Positions 1 through 12,248 of a DNA stretch of 57,374 nt are shown piece after piece. The stretch lies in NCBI RefSeq assembly GCF_006345805.1, contig NW_021833598.1:1-57374 (forward strand), written 5' to 3'. Position 1 is the stretch's first letter. Each line of letters begins with the position of its first letter. The notes under the pieces are model-generated. The model did no database searches, was not told where the DNA came from, and saw nothing but the letters and a program-made list of their open reading frames with translations. This DNA comes from Octopus sinensis (taxonomy: Eukaryota). The position numbers and the translations under genes are program-made.

Positions 1-58
1 ATATATACACATATACTATACAACCATTCACACGTAATACACACCACACACACACAAT

Positions 59-101
<43 letters not shown>

Positions 102-318
102 ATATATATATATATATATGTATGTATATAAGATAACACATTACATACCTGATGTTTAGATAAACAAAGATTTTAAATTAATTTAATGTAATTCAAGATG
201 ATTTTAACTTCATTACAATTATGTAATTATGCAATTAATGATGTTCATCTTAATGAAACAACAGTTGCATGCAATAATTAGATTATTCTTCTTAATTCTC
301 AATGTATTGCTCTTCCAG

Positions 319-346
319 ATCCTTTTAGCTAATTATGGACACACAT
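319..346 (+). other. Candidate 28-nt microexon (ILLANYGHT)
   Basis: Acceptor gtattgctcttccag, exon ATCCTTTTAGCTAATTATGGACACACAT, donor gtaagt; only frame 0 is open; non-repetitive context. Confidence 0.35.
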
Positions 347-492
347 GTAAGTAAGCGCCACCTGGCTTTACTGCAAAACAATAACAATCTGTTGGAGTTT
401 AATGACCCATTATTAACTGAACTCTAAATTAATTAAGGATTTATTCTTTGATGTTTATACATCAATTCTTCTTGTGTATATATATATATATA

Positions 493-931
493 GGTGCAGG
501 CGTAGCTGTGTGGTAAGAAGCTTGCATCCCAACCACATGATTCTGAGTTCAGTCCCACTGCATGACACCTCGTATTTTCTACTGTATGTGCACATGTGTG
601 CATGTGTGTGTCGTGTAAAAAGCACCACCCGAATCGTGGCCGAAGCCAGTGCCGCCTCGACTGGCTTCCGTGCCGGTGGCATGTAAAATGCACCAATCCG
701 ACCATGGCCGATGCCAGCCTCGCCTGGCACCTGTGCAGGTGGCACGTAAAAAGCACCCACTACACTCACAGAGTGGTTGGCGTTAGGAAGGGCATCCAGC
801 TGTAGAAACATTGCCAGATAAGACCGGAGCCTGGTGCAGCCTTCTGGCTTCCCAGATCCCCGGTCGAACCGTCCAACCCATGCTAGCATGGAAAACGGAC
901 GTTAAACGATGATGATGATGATGATGATGAT
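493..931 (+). mobile_element. tRNA-headed SINE with RTE-type 3' tail (local family B)
   Basis: Head ggtgcaggcgtagctgtgtggtaag..., body with ggcacgtaaaaagcacc repeats, ggttggcgttaggaagggcatccagc motif and (GAT)n tail; same tail as the RTE remnant at 36590-36780. Confidence 0.85.
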
Positions 932-1489
932 ACACACAAATTAGCATGCAGAAATGGAATAGTCCAGATGGAGCTGTGCTTTTACATTAGATTATCTACT
1001 AATTAGCTAGCATTAAATATCTATATGAAGTTTGGCTGTATGTAATATCTGTTTTCTCGAACAGCCGCTCCTGTTGGTTTATTCTTATACATAAAGGACT
1101 TCAACTGCTTACTGCTTTCTGATTCATCGTAAGTTGTTGTTATTATTATTACTGTTTAACTATTGTTATCACGTTTGTTGCTTCCTCGTAAAGGAAACAT
1201 TGTTGTGTTGCATTTGTTAAATAATTGTAAACTGTAACCCTCCCCCTTTGGGAGAAGGAGCTTTGGTTATTGTTTAAAAATTGAATTGTGTCCCTGTTTG
1301 GGGAAATTGACAATATTTTCACCGTTTACATGGAAGCATTTTCGTTAGAATGCCTTTGATAGAAGAAAGTCCCAAAATGAATTTCGCTGCAGCTGTCGGC
1401 GAGCGCGAACTCATTAAAATTAAAATGGAAGAAATTCGGATTGATCACCGACAAAGACGGTGAATCTAGGATAACACCACCAAATGAAA

Positions 1490-1880
1490 TAAAAAATTAA
1501 ATTAAAGAAAAGACTATTGTCTATAAAGTATACAATGTAGAGAAAAAAAAAGATTTGAACACCTGGAGGAAAGCACCATCGAAAAGTGTCTTGGTGTGAC
1601 TATGAAAGATATCTAACTAGAGGTGGTAAATTCGCCACAATAGAAACAAGGTTCGAGTCAACGGAGCGTGCAAGGGAGTACTCGACTCGAACCTTGCAAA
1701 GAGGAAATATTTTATTTTTACCTTTATATCTGGGACGTAGGACGTCCTGGAAAAAAATTTTAAATGCCCCCCAAGAAGTAGAGGCATGCTCGATTGTAGC
1801 CACACTTCTATACAAGAGGGAGGACAAGATACAATTGATCGAAATTGCAAGAGACGGGCTAACAATTCCAGTCTGTTGTA
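1490..1880 (+). pseudogene. Decayed coding-like remnant, possibly L1/Tx1-type LINE ORF1
   Basis: Frameshifted translation EKTIVYKVYNVEKKRFEHLEESTIEKCL...YLTRGGKFATIETRFESTERAREYST...LPLYLGRRTSWKKILNAPQEV resembles RRM-like LINE ORF1 segments from memory; not verified by search. Confidence 0.35.
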
Positions 1881-2005
1881 TATTTTGAGTATTGTTATCG
1901 CTAGCGATATCAAGATATAACTTTGTATTTTGTATTTTATGTGTAGATGTATATATATATAGATGTACATGTAATATGTGCACATATGTATACACATATA
2001 TACAT

Positions 2006-2047
2006 GCACTAGCATTATGACCTGGCAACGACGGGTCATAATGCTAG
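2006..2047 (+). mobile_element. Helitron 3' terminus
   Basis: Palindrome actagcattatgacc...gggtcataatgctag ending CTAG followed by T; same terminus family as 48485-48507. Confidence 0.65.
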
Positions 2048-2070
2048 TATATATATATATATATTATTTG

Positions 2071-2411
2071 CGGAGACCCCCTTCGGTCATGACACAGACC
2101 ATGCGATTGCACATAGAAAGTTACCCTCCCAGGCACAAGTCCGGACGAGGTTGTTTTATGGAAGACCAGCAGTTGCCCATGCATGCTGGCCCCTCCTCTC
2201 CATGCCACCAGTGTCATCCAAGGGAAAGGTAACGGCTAATACAGCTTGGCACCTGTGATGTCACAACTCATTTCTACAGCTGGGTTAACTGGAGCAACGT
2301 GAAATAAAACGTCTTGCTCAAGAACACAACACGCAGCCTGGTCCAGGATTCGAGCTCACAACCTCACGATCGTAAGCTTGATGCTCTAACCACTGAGCCA
2401 AATGCCTTCAC
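2071..2411 (-). mobile_element. tRNA-derived SINE (local family D)
   Basis: Reverse-strand head gtgaaggcatttggctcagtggttagagc and core tgttcttgagcaagac...ttgctccagttaacccagctg; paralogue at 10899-11392. Confidence 0.85.
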
Positions 2412-2430
2412 ACACACACACACATATACA

Positions 2431-2485
<55 letters not shown>

Positions 2486-2799
2486 TAAGGGACATTAGCC
2501 AACTGAATATGGCTAGGACAGGGCCGGGTGTGGGGGTGTCACTGTGCATTTAGCCCCAGGCGAACATCAACGTCACCAGATAGGCCGAACCATCACGGCG
2601 TCCTCTATCTTGCAAAGGGAGATCATTCCCCAAGAAGTGGATGCCACACATATATGTATATAATTGATGTATATAATTGATGTATATGTATATACATGCA
2701 TATGTGTATACATATACATGCATATATACGTGTATACATGTATATTTTAGCAACAGCAAGAACAATGACATCAATCACAATGATATCAACATTGACTAA

Positions 2800-2830
<31 letters not shown>

Positions 2831-3029
2831 GGAAATCCTGAAAGATAAAAAGTAAGGGTCAACCTAAGACTCAGGCTGGATTTGAATTCAGAAAAAAGAA
2901 AAACAAGGGCTCGCAAATGAGCGACGATCTGCGTTGGTGTTTAGCCCTTACGCTCCACCGATTCCTCCACATGGAGAAAGTTTTTCCTTTGGTTTGCTAG
3001 ACAGGAATGAACCATTAGTTTACTTAAAT

Positions 3030-3051
3030 GGCTGCACATGTGTGCGTACGT

Positions 3052-3100
<49 letters not shown>

Positions 3101-3510
3101 TGTTGTGCACGTGTGTGTGTGTGTGTATGTGTGTGTGTGTGTGTATGTGTGTGTGTGTATGTGCACGTGTGTGTGTGTATGTACACGTGTGTGTGTGTAT
3201 GTATGTGTGTATGTGTACGTGTGTGTGCATGTGTGTGGGTGTATGCGCACGTGTGTGTGCATGTATGTATGCGCACGTGTATGTGCATGTGTGTGTGTGT
3301 GTATGTGTGTGTGTGTATGTGTGTGTGTATGTGCACGTGTGTGTGTGTATGTGCATGTGTGTGTGCATGTGTGTGTGTATGTGTGTGTGTGTATGTGTGT
3401 GTGTATGTGCACGTGTGTGTGTATGCGCACATGTGTGTGTGTATGTGCACGTGTGTGTGTGTGTGTGCACGTGTGTATGTGTGTGTGTGTGTGCGTGCAT
3501 GTGTGTGTGC
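3030..3510. repeat. Compound (GT)n/(GTAT)/(GCAC) microsatellite
   Basis: Direct inspection. Confidence 0.95.
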
Positions 3511-3755
3511 ATTAGTGTTCTACATCTCAACCCCAGCCTTTGTCTTGTATACAGCATCTGATATACGTGATACAAAGTGATATATATTTCAGAGAGAACA
3601 GCAACGGATTTCTTTTTATCACACAAACTTCTTGGTTTTTGTATTTTCAGGATAGATTTATAAAATTTTTATGTTTGCCATCGGAGTCTCTTTCCCCTTT
3701 CTCATTAATTCTCTCTGCCATCCATATACATTCTTTTCTCATTTAAACCACCAGT

Positions 3756-3764
<9 letters not shown>

Positions 3765-3796
<32 letters not shown>

Positions 3797-3884
3797 TATA
3801 TATTTATATATATGTATATATATTATATATATTTATATATATATATATGTCTATATATTTATATATATGTATAAATATATATGC

Positions 3885-3917
<33 letters not shown>

Positions 3918-4213
3918 TATACACATACATACACTCATACACATACACAAACATACATATACACTCAAACATACATATATACACACACATACACATATAA
4001 ATATATACAATATATACACATATATGTATACATATATTCATACATAAATACATTCAAATATAAATATACTTAACTATCTATACTCATATATATATATGTA
4101 TGTATGTGTGTGTGTGTGTATCTATGTATATATATATTTATGCATTATATATATATATATATATACATAATACATATATATATATATATATATACATACA
4201 TATATATACATAT

Positions 4214-4251
<38 letters not shown>

Positions 4252-4259
4252 CTAAATAT

Positions 4260-4296
<37 letters not shown>

Positions 4297-4300
4297 CATA
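3765..4300. repeat. Compound (AT)n/(AC)n microsatellite
   Basis: Direct inspection. Confidence 0.95.
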
Positions 4301-4907
4301 CATAAACTTCTCTCCCTATTACAGCCTTTTTGACTCACTCATTTGAATATGATATATTTATCCCCCCCCCCCCGCATTTCTGGCTAGACCTGCCTCCCCC
4401 CGTCTTAATGTGCAATTCTTTAGTCCATTCTATTTTGGCCTCTCTGTTCTTTGCATAGCATTTAGCATCTGGCGACATTTATTATTTTAAGATCATTGAA
4501 TTTCAGGCTTTGGTTTTTACAAAAGCATTTGTTCTTATTCGCCAGCAGACATCTTGGCTGCCATGGTTAGAGCAAGGCTCACTTTACTTTCAATGATTCA
4601 TTGGTATAGGTTCATGATACAAAAAAAACCAAAGAAGAAATATATTTAAAAAAAACTGAGGAAAAAAAACAACCGAACATTGTTTTAGCATTGAGAAAAT
4701 GATCTGGAACAGATATCTTAAAGGGGTGATTTCTGTAGGAAAAAAATGATTTCAGCTTCAACTGAACATCCTCATCGTTGTCGTAATCATCGTCCTACTT
4801 GTCATCATCATTCGTCTTTCATGACAGGCATGGGTTAGATGGTTCAACTGCAACCAACAATACAGAGGCCTGTACTGAACTGCAGTATCTGCTTTGGTAT
4901 AGTTTCT

Positions 4908-5129
4908 TATTTCTTTATTGCTCACAAGGGGCTAAACATAGAAGGGACAAACAAGGACAGACAAACGGATTAAGTCGATTACATTGACCCCAGTGCTTAA
5001 TTCATCGACCCCAAAAGGATGAAAGGTAAAGTCGACCTCGGCGGAATTTGAACTCAGAACGTAACCGCAGACGAAATACTGCTAAGCATTTTGCCCGGCA
5101 TGCTACCGTTTCTGCCAGCTTGCCACCTT
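4908..5129 (-). mobile_element. SINE (local family C)
   Basis: Reverse complement of the unit tandemly repeated at 25174-26090, with head ggtggcaagctggcagaaacggtagc. Confidence 0.85.
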
Positions 5130-5409
5130 TGTATAGTTTTTATAGCTAGATACCCATCCTAGCACCAACTACATCCCTGACTGCATTGGGTGTCTTTTAT
5201 GTGGCACCAGCACTGGTGAGGTTACCAATTACTCTTAAGACAACATCTCCCAAATGTGTGTAGTATTGAAGGAGGTGAAAGTACGAGGGAGAAGAATAGG
5301 TGTCTTGCTGGAGGGGAGAGACATGGCTTCTCCAGTTGGAGACAGATACAGGATACAGAGGGGCCTTCTGGAGACATATAGCCTCTTAGGTCCCCTTTCC
5401 CAGCTTCCA

Positions 5410-5600
5410 TGGTGTGTATATTCCTCACCTCAATGGGACAACAATCCGTCACAAAATTACTCATTTTTGCCAGCTGAGTGGACTGGGCAATGTGAAATGA
5501 AGTGTCTTGCTCAAGAACACAAGGCAGCACCCGGTCCAGGAACTGAAATCACATTCTTTTGATCATGAGTTCAACATCCTAAGCCATTGGCCCATGTACT
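5410..5600 (-). mobile_element. SINE family D, head and core fragment
   Basis: ccagctgagtggactgggcaatgtgaaatgaagtgtcttgctcaagaacac matches 2270-2330. Confidence 0.7.
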
Positions 5601-5653
5601 TCCACTGAAAAGAGACAGGGAGGTGTATATATACACACACATAATTGTTCATA

Positions 5654-6018
5654 TCTCTTATATAAAATCCGTTCTTTCTGTGTGTGTGTGTCTTCTAGGA
5701 TCTCGGGCATCTTCCATCCGATTGCACTCAAATTTGATATGTAGATACCGACGGTATCAGGGCATGTATAAGTCTTGAAAAAATTACAAAAATCAATTTC
5801 AGGTGAGAATGCGATCGATAAAGCCGTGGGAACGTGTATTTGTAAGCGCAAGTACATCAGTCGAAATCCATCTTTTGCTGGTGTCTCAAATTTAGGTCAA
5901 ATCAGTGTTTCTCAAAGGTGAGGCCTATGGGATGGTTGGACAAGTTGTTTTGAGAAAATTTGGTTTAAATGTTTGACAACTCAGCACCGTCCATTGGAGG
6001 GGGGGGGGGACGTTTTTC

Positions 6019-6020
<2 letters not shown>
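5654..6020 (+). mobile_element. Probable non-autonomous Helitron, 5' portion
   Basis: Starts a|TCTCTTATATAAAATCC...(GT)n-gtc, the same architecture as the 5' ends at 15784 and 48162; no 3' end found. Confidence 0.45.
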
Positions 6021-6074
<54 letters not shown>

Positions 6075-6971
6075 ATATATATATATATATATGCAACTAT
6101 TTGGACTTTGGGAATATGTCTATTAGTATTTCGATTAAAGCACACTCACTATTTGGGCACATGGTGTTTATATTACAATATATGATATTCACTGGATCTA
6201 CATCGAAACTCTCTAGATCTCATCTGTTGACTATATGTGCGTGTGTGTGTGCATGCACGTGTGTGTGTATGTGCACTTGTGTGTGTGTATGTGTGTGCAT
6301 TTGTGCACACACATACAGAGGGCTTCTTTCAGTGTCCGTCTCCCAAATCCACTCACAAAGCTATAGCAGCAGACATTTGGTCAAGACGGCATGCAGTGGG
6401 ACTGAACCCCAAACCTGACACTTGCAAACTGAGCTTCTTAACCACCATTTTAGCAAACTAATTGAAAACTAATATCACAGAAAATTAGAAAAATCATGAA
6501 AGCAAAAAAATTCTAAAAATTCTAAAAGTCTTAATAAAATTTCTGAGATGAATTTTAAGACAAAAACAAAAAGACCTATAAATGTTAAAATTATACCCAA
6601 AATAGTTTTTATTTTTAATTCATATTGAAGTAAAGAAATAATTAATATATGCACACACACATACATATATACATACATATATACATACATACATGCATGC
6701 ATACATATGTACATATATATGTACTTGCATACATAATATGTAAATACATACACACATGCATACATATGTACAAATAGGCATATATATATATATATATATA
6801 CATACATACATGCATATATACATATGTATGCATATATATATAAATATATATATATTTATACATATATATGTATATATATATATATTCATAAAGATTTAGA
6901 TTCAGATGAATATGGCACTTAAGTTGAGGCACCAGAATTTAGTATGGTATTATCTATACAATTTCAAAATA

Positions 6972-7375
6972 ACTCTTTTACTCTTTACTCTTTTACTTGT
7001 TTCATTCATTTGACTGTGGCCATGCTGGAGCACCGCCTTTAGTCGAGCAACTCGACCCCAGGACTTATTCTTTGTAAGCCTAGTACTTATTCTATCGGTC
7101 TCTTTCGCCGAACCGCTAATTTACGGGGATGTAAACACACCAGCATCGGTTGTCAAGCGATGTTGGGGGGACAAACACAGAAACACAAACATACACACAT
7201 ACATATACATATATATACGACGGGCTTCTTTCAGTTTCCATCTACCAAATCCGCTCAGAAGACTTTGGCCGGCCCGAGGCTATAGTAGAAGACACGTGCC
7301 CAAGGTGCCACGCAGTGGAACTGAACCTGGAACCATGTGGTTGTTAAGCAAGCTACTTACCACACAGCCACTCCT
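6972..7375 (-). mobile_element. tRNA-derived SINE family A, full length
   Basis: Head aggagtggctgtgtggtaag, B-box-like ggttcagttcc, central microsatellite and gtaaaagag tail on the minus strand; more than 15 copies in the window. Confidence 0.9.
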
Positions 7376-7385
7376 AAGGTGATTA

Positions 7386-7529
7386 AAATCAAAATAAGCA
7401 GCAAGGATATCCAGAGGTAATGCAGTACAATCGTTTCATGCAACTCCATTTAATTGTTCAGTTAAATGGAGTTGCATGAAACGATGGTACTGCATTACCT
7501 CTGGATATCCTTGTTGCTTATTTTGATTT
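7386..7529. repeat. Near-perfect palindrome with 68-bp arms and an 8-nt loop (foldback/MITE-like)
   Basis: 7386-7453 is the reverse complement of 7462-7529 with 2 mismatches. Confidence 0.9.
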
Positions 7530-7781
7530 ATATACATTCATATATACACAGAGAGAAATATATGTATTCGTGTGTGTGTACATACACACACATATATTTA
7601 TATATTAATTATGTGTATTCTGAATGTGTTTTAATATTAAATGTTTCTGTAGTTTCATTAATAGGAGAAGAAAAACGAGGAAGAACTGGAATAATATTAA
7701 TGATTTTATATATGAATAAATGGACAGGTATGAATAAACTGGTTTTATAGAAATTAGCCAAAGAAAGTTAATTGATAGTCT

Positions 7782-8320
7782 AGAAGAAGAAGAAGAAGAA
7801 GAAGGAGGAGGAGGAGGAGAAAAAAGGAGAAGGAGGATGAGGAAGAGGAGGAGAAGAAGAAGAAAGAGAAGAAGTAGAAGGAGGATGAGGAGAAAAAGAA
7901 GAAGGACGAGGAGGAGAAAAGGAAGAAGAAGAAGAAGGAGAAGAAGAAGGAGAAGGAGGAGAAGAAGAAGGAGAAGAAGAAGAAGAAGAAGTAGGAGGAG
8001 GAGAAGAAGAAGAAGAAGAAGTAGGAGGAGGAGAAGAAGAAGAAGAAGAAGGAGAAGAAGGAGAAGAAGAAGAAGAAGAAGGAGAAGAAGAAGAAGAAGA
8101 AGAAGAAGGAGAAGAGGGAGAAGAAGAAGAAGAAGAAGGAGGAGAAGAAGAAGAAGAAGAAGAAAGAGAAGAAGGAGAAGAAGAAGAAGGAGAAGAAGAA
8201 GAAGAAGAAGAAGAAGGAAGAAGAAGAAGAAGAAGAAGAAGGAAGAAGAAGAAGAAGAAGAAGAAGAAAGAGAAGAAGGAGAAGAAGGAAGAAGAAGGAG
8301 AAGAAGGAAGAAGAAGAAAA
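7782..8320. repeat. (GAA/GGA)n purine tract
   Basis: Direct inspection. Confidence 0.95.
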
Positions 8321-8386
8321 GTCTTATTACAGCTCCATTAAATTATATATTGTGAAAAGAAATATTATTTAATTACAGTCTATATA

Positions 8387-8583
8387 TGAGGTGGGGGGTG
8401 GGCTGAATAGTTTGTAGGTTTGTGTAAAAAAGAATACAAGAAGATCAGTTAATTATGATTTTATTCAGCATCATGTTCTCCTCTCGGATTCACACATTTA
8501 TTGCAACAATACTTGGAAGGTTGGGCCTCCAACCAGGCTTTTTTGCAATACCATTAAATCCACCAAGTTTTCAGCACCCCTTA
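8387..8583 (-). mobile_element. Mariner-derived MITE
   Basis: Ends ggggctgaatagttt / aagttttcagcacccc are imperfect TIRs; minus strand encodes CNKCVNP..., the same mariner C-terminus as 29570-29745. Confidence 0.6.
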
Positions 8584-8584
8584 A

Positions 8585-8616
<32 letters not shown>

Positions 8617-8739
8617 TAAGGTATGTAGAAAAATACAACATGGACAAGAACGTATAACTCTTAGAAGACGATACAATAAACACGGACAGGACATTCGAAA
8701 TATATATATATATATATATATACATACACACACACACAC

Positions 8740-8925
8740 CACTGCTTGACAACCAATGTTGGTGTGTTTACATCTTAGTAACTTAGTGGTTTGGCAAAAG
8801 AGACCGATAGAATAAGTACTAGGCTTACAAAGAATAAGTCCTGGGGGTTGACTTCTTTGACTAAAAGGCGGTGCTCCAGCATGGCCACAGTCAAAATGAC
8901 CGAAACTAGTAAAAGAGTAAAAGTA
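8740..8925 (+). mobile_element. SINE family A, 3' half
   Basis: Matches the family A 3' body and tail. Confidence 0.85.
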
Positions 8926-9350
8926 GAAAAGAAAGTGTTGAATATATATATAATTTTATATTTGGTTTGTAAGATTCTTGATGTGAATTCAAATGTTGGA
9001 ATATATTTTATTGTATCTTGGTGAGGTCATAATGCCAATAACAAACACATGCACTGACTCTATTTCACTTCTTTTATTATTCATTTATCAGTCAACCGGT
9101 GAACCATTTTTTATGAAAATCTGTGTAACACCACAGGTTAATTGAACCAGCATACTGACTTTAAATTGTAAAATCCTTTCCAATTTCCATCAAAGAGCCA
9201 CCCTAATTTAAAATACAAATTTTAACACAATTCTTGAAAGCGTTTACCTGTAGAGGTAATGGGAAAAGTAAAAGCAATATTTAAAGAAGAAAAAGAAAAA
9301 CGACAAAATTCTTAGAATACCTGTAAGGTGAAATTCTAAGATATTTATTT

Positions 9351-9692
9351 ACTCTTTTACTCTTTTACTTGTTTCAGTCATTTGACTGCGGCCATGCTGG
9401 AGCATCGCCTTTAATCGAGCAACTCGACCCCGGGACTTATTCTTTTGTAAGCCCAGTACTTATTCTATCGGTCTCTTTTGCCGAACCGCTAAGTAACGGG
9501 GACATAAACACACCAGCATATATATACATATATACGACAGGCTTCTTTCAGTTTCCGTCTACCAAATCCACTCACAAGGCTTTGGTCGGCCCGGGGCTAT
9601 AGTAGAAGACACTTTCTCAAGGTGCCACGCAGTGGGACTGAACCCGGAACCATGTGGTTGGTTAGCAAGCTACTTACCACACAACCACTCCT
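9351..9692 (-). mobile_element. SINE family A with internal deletion
   Basis: Head and tail present; central segment shortened relative to 30355-30770. Confidence 0.9.
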
Positions 9693-9880
9693 GACAAGAT
9701 AAAAATCTATTGTTTGCCTAAATTTACAAGTTGGTTCTATAACACGGAATTGTTTGCATATTTTGAAGCTCTGTGGGAAATGAAGAATTTTGTAATAGAG
9801 AACTTTATGTAAATTTATGCAAATATCTCAGCAATCCACACTGGATATAAAAAGAACAATAATAAAAAAGTCACATAGTT

Positions 9881-10093
9881 ACTCTCTTACTCTTTTACTT
9901 GTTTCAGTTATTTGACTGCGGCCATGCTGGAGCACCGCTTTTAGTCGAGCAAATCAACCCCAGGACTTATTCTTTGTAAGCCTAGTACTTATTCTATTGG
10001 TCTCTTTTGCTGAACTGCTAAGTTACAGGGATATAAATACACCAGCATCGGTTGTCAAGCGATGTTTGAAGGACAAACACAGACACACAAACA
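9881..10093 (-). mobile_element. SINE family A, 3' half
   Basis: Matches the family A 3' body. Confidence 0.85.
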
Positions 10094-10380
10094 TAAATTT
10101 TCTAAATTATTTTTCTTTCTTTCCTCTATCTCTTAACTTTTCCCATTTACTTGTTCCAGTTATAGGTTCCTGGCCAGTCTGTAGCACTAGCTTGAAGGCT
10201 TCACCTTTAGCATTTAAACTAGCTATACCCAACCCATATATTCTGCTTGTTATACTTTCAAGCTGACAGGATCCAACTTCTCACGCATATTCTACAATGC
10301 TATTCTAAAAATAAGCAATCACATCAATGAAATTCAAAACTCTCTCTCTATATATATACATATACATATATATATATACA

Positions 10381-10441
<61 letters not shown>

Positions 10442-10898
10442 ATAATAATCATAAAGGGTAAAATTAATTAATTTATTAATAATTAATAATTCCACCAAGT
10501 AGTGATTCGGTATGTAAAAGACCATTATTGGTAAACTTAAACAATATTTATTATAATAATAAGGGTTAGGCAAAAGAATTTGCTTCACCACACACCGAAC
10601 TTTAGAAATAGCAGCCAAAGAATCTAGCTATTTCTTCTACTGTATTATTATAATAAATATTGTTTTTTACATACTGAATCACATACTGAATCACAACTGA
10701 CCAGTTGATCCTTAGGGTAGTGTTGAGTTTACACCTTCCTCAGTACTACTATGCATCTCACGTTGTATGAAGTTGGATGAATTATAAACCAGAATAGCAT
10801 ATTCTACAATGCTATTCTAAAAATAAGCAATCACATGAATGAAATTCAAAACTACAAGATAATGCATGATTCATTCAAAACCTATTTTTACTCACTTT

Positions 10899-11392
10899 GG
10901 TCCCCTTTGGCCAGGAATGACCATGGGATTGCTGCTAGAAAGTTACCCTCCGAGGCACAAGTCTTGGCAAGGTTGCTTTTATAGAAGACCAGTAGTCGCC
11001 CATGCATACTGGCCTTCCCTCTCCATGCCACTGATGTTAGTGAAAGTAAAGGGTAAAAACCCCTTTCAGTCATTAACGGCCATGGGATTGCACCTAGAAA
11101 GTTTCCCTCCGAGGCACAAGTCCAGACAAAGTTGTTTGTAGAAGACCAGCAGTTGCCCATTCATATCAATCTCTTCTCTGCATGCCACCGGTGTTATCCA
11201 AGGGAAAGGCAAAGGGGCCGATACAGTTTGGCACCAGTGACCTCACAGCTCATTTCTACAGCTGAGTTAGCTAGAGCAACGTGAAATAAAGTGTCTTTCT
11301 CAAGAACACAACGCACTGTCCTGTCCTGGAATTGAACTCACTACCCCATGTTTGTGAGCCCGATACTCTAACCACTGAGCCATGCACCTTCA
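10899..11392 (-). mobile_element. SINE family D with internal tandem duplication
   Basis: Segment gaccatgggattgc...tagaaagtt.ccctccgaggcacaagtc occurs twice (about 10920 and 11080); head at the right end. Confidence 0.85.
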
Positions 11393-11754
11393 ATTCTAAA
11401 CAATGGGAATAGTTAAACACTACATTTGACACGAAATCTGAATGTTAAAAGGTTAAGCCAAGCAACTCTACGGCAGCAGAAATTTATTTTAGCCTGGTAC
11501 TTATTAGTGCTTATTCTATTGGTCCCTTTTTTTCCCCTGAACTATTAATGGGCTTTTTTCGGTTTCTGTCAACCACATCCACTCACAAAGCTTTGGTTAG
11601 CCTGAGGCTGTATTAGAAGACACTTGAGCTGCATGTAGGCATCTGGGTAATTGTTCAAAGAATTTATTTATAATGCCAGATTGTGGGACTGAACCCAAAA
11701 ACATGTGGTCAGAAAGCAAGCTTCTTAGCACAGACCCATGCCTGCACCTATATA

Positions 11755-11800
<46 letters not shown>

Positions 11801-11809
11801 AACACACAG

Positions 11810-11843
<34 letters not shown>

Positions 11844-11889
11844 TATATATATATATATACACACACACACAGACATATATATATATGTT

Positions 11890-11935
<46 letters not shown>

Positions 11936-12004
11936 TGCAGGCATGGGTCTGTGCTGAGAAGCTTATATGTATATATATACACACACAGACATATATTTAT
12001 ATAT

Positions 12005-12248
12005 AGGCATGTAAAAAGCACCAACCGATCGTGGCTGTTGCCAGACTCCCCTGGCACCTGTGCTGGTGGCACGTAAAAATCCCCCACTACACTCACAGAG
12101 TGGTTGGCGTTAGGGAGGACATCCAGCCGTAGAAACACTGCCAGATCAGACTGGGCCTGGTGCAGCCTCCTGGCTTCCCAGACCCCAGTCAAACCGTCCA
12201 ACGCATGATAGCATGGAAAACGGACGCTAAACGATGATGATGATGATG
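12005..12248 (+). mobile_element. SINE family B body and tail
   Basis: ggcacgtaaaaa...ggttggcgttaggg...(GAT)n. Confidence 0.85.

Noticed and set aside
2830-2852. 13-nt match aggaaatcctgaa with the minus-strand microexon candidate at 40.6 kb
   Set aside because: Expected by chance in AT-rich sequence of this size; there is no pyrimidine tract upstream.
2934-3626. Long ORFs rich in C/V/Y/H/T/I here and at 20.8-23.3, 33.1-34.5 and 43.9-44.4 kb
   Set aside because: Translations of dinucleotide microsatellites, which lack stop codons in most frames.
7837-8355. 172-aa poly-Arg ORF resembling a protamine
   Set aside because: Pure (GAA/GGA)n tract with no complex flanking coding sequence or splice context.
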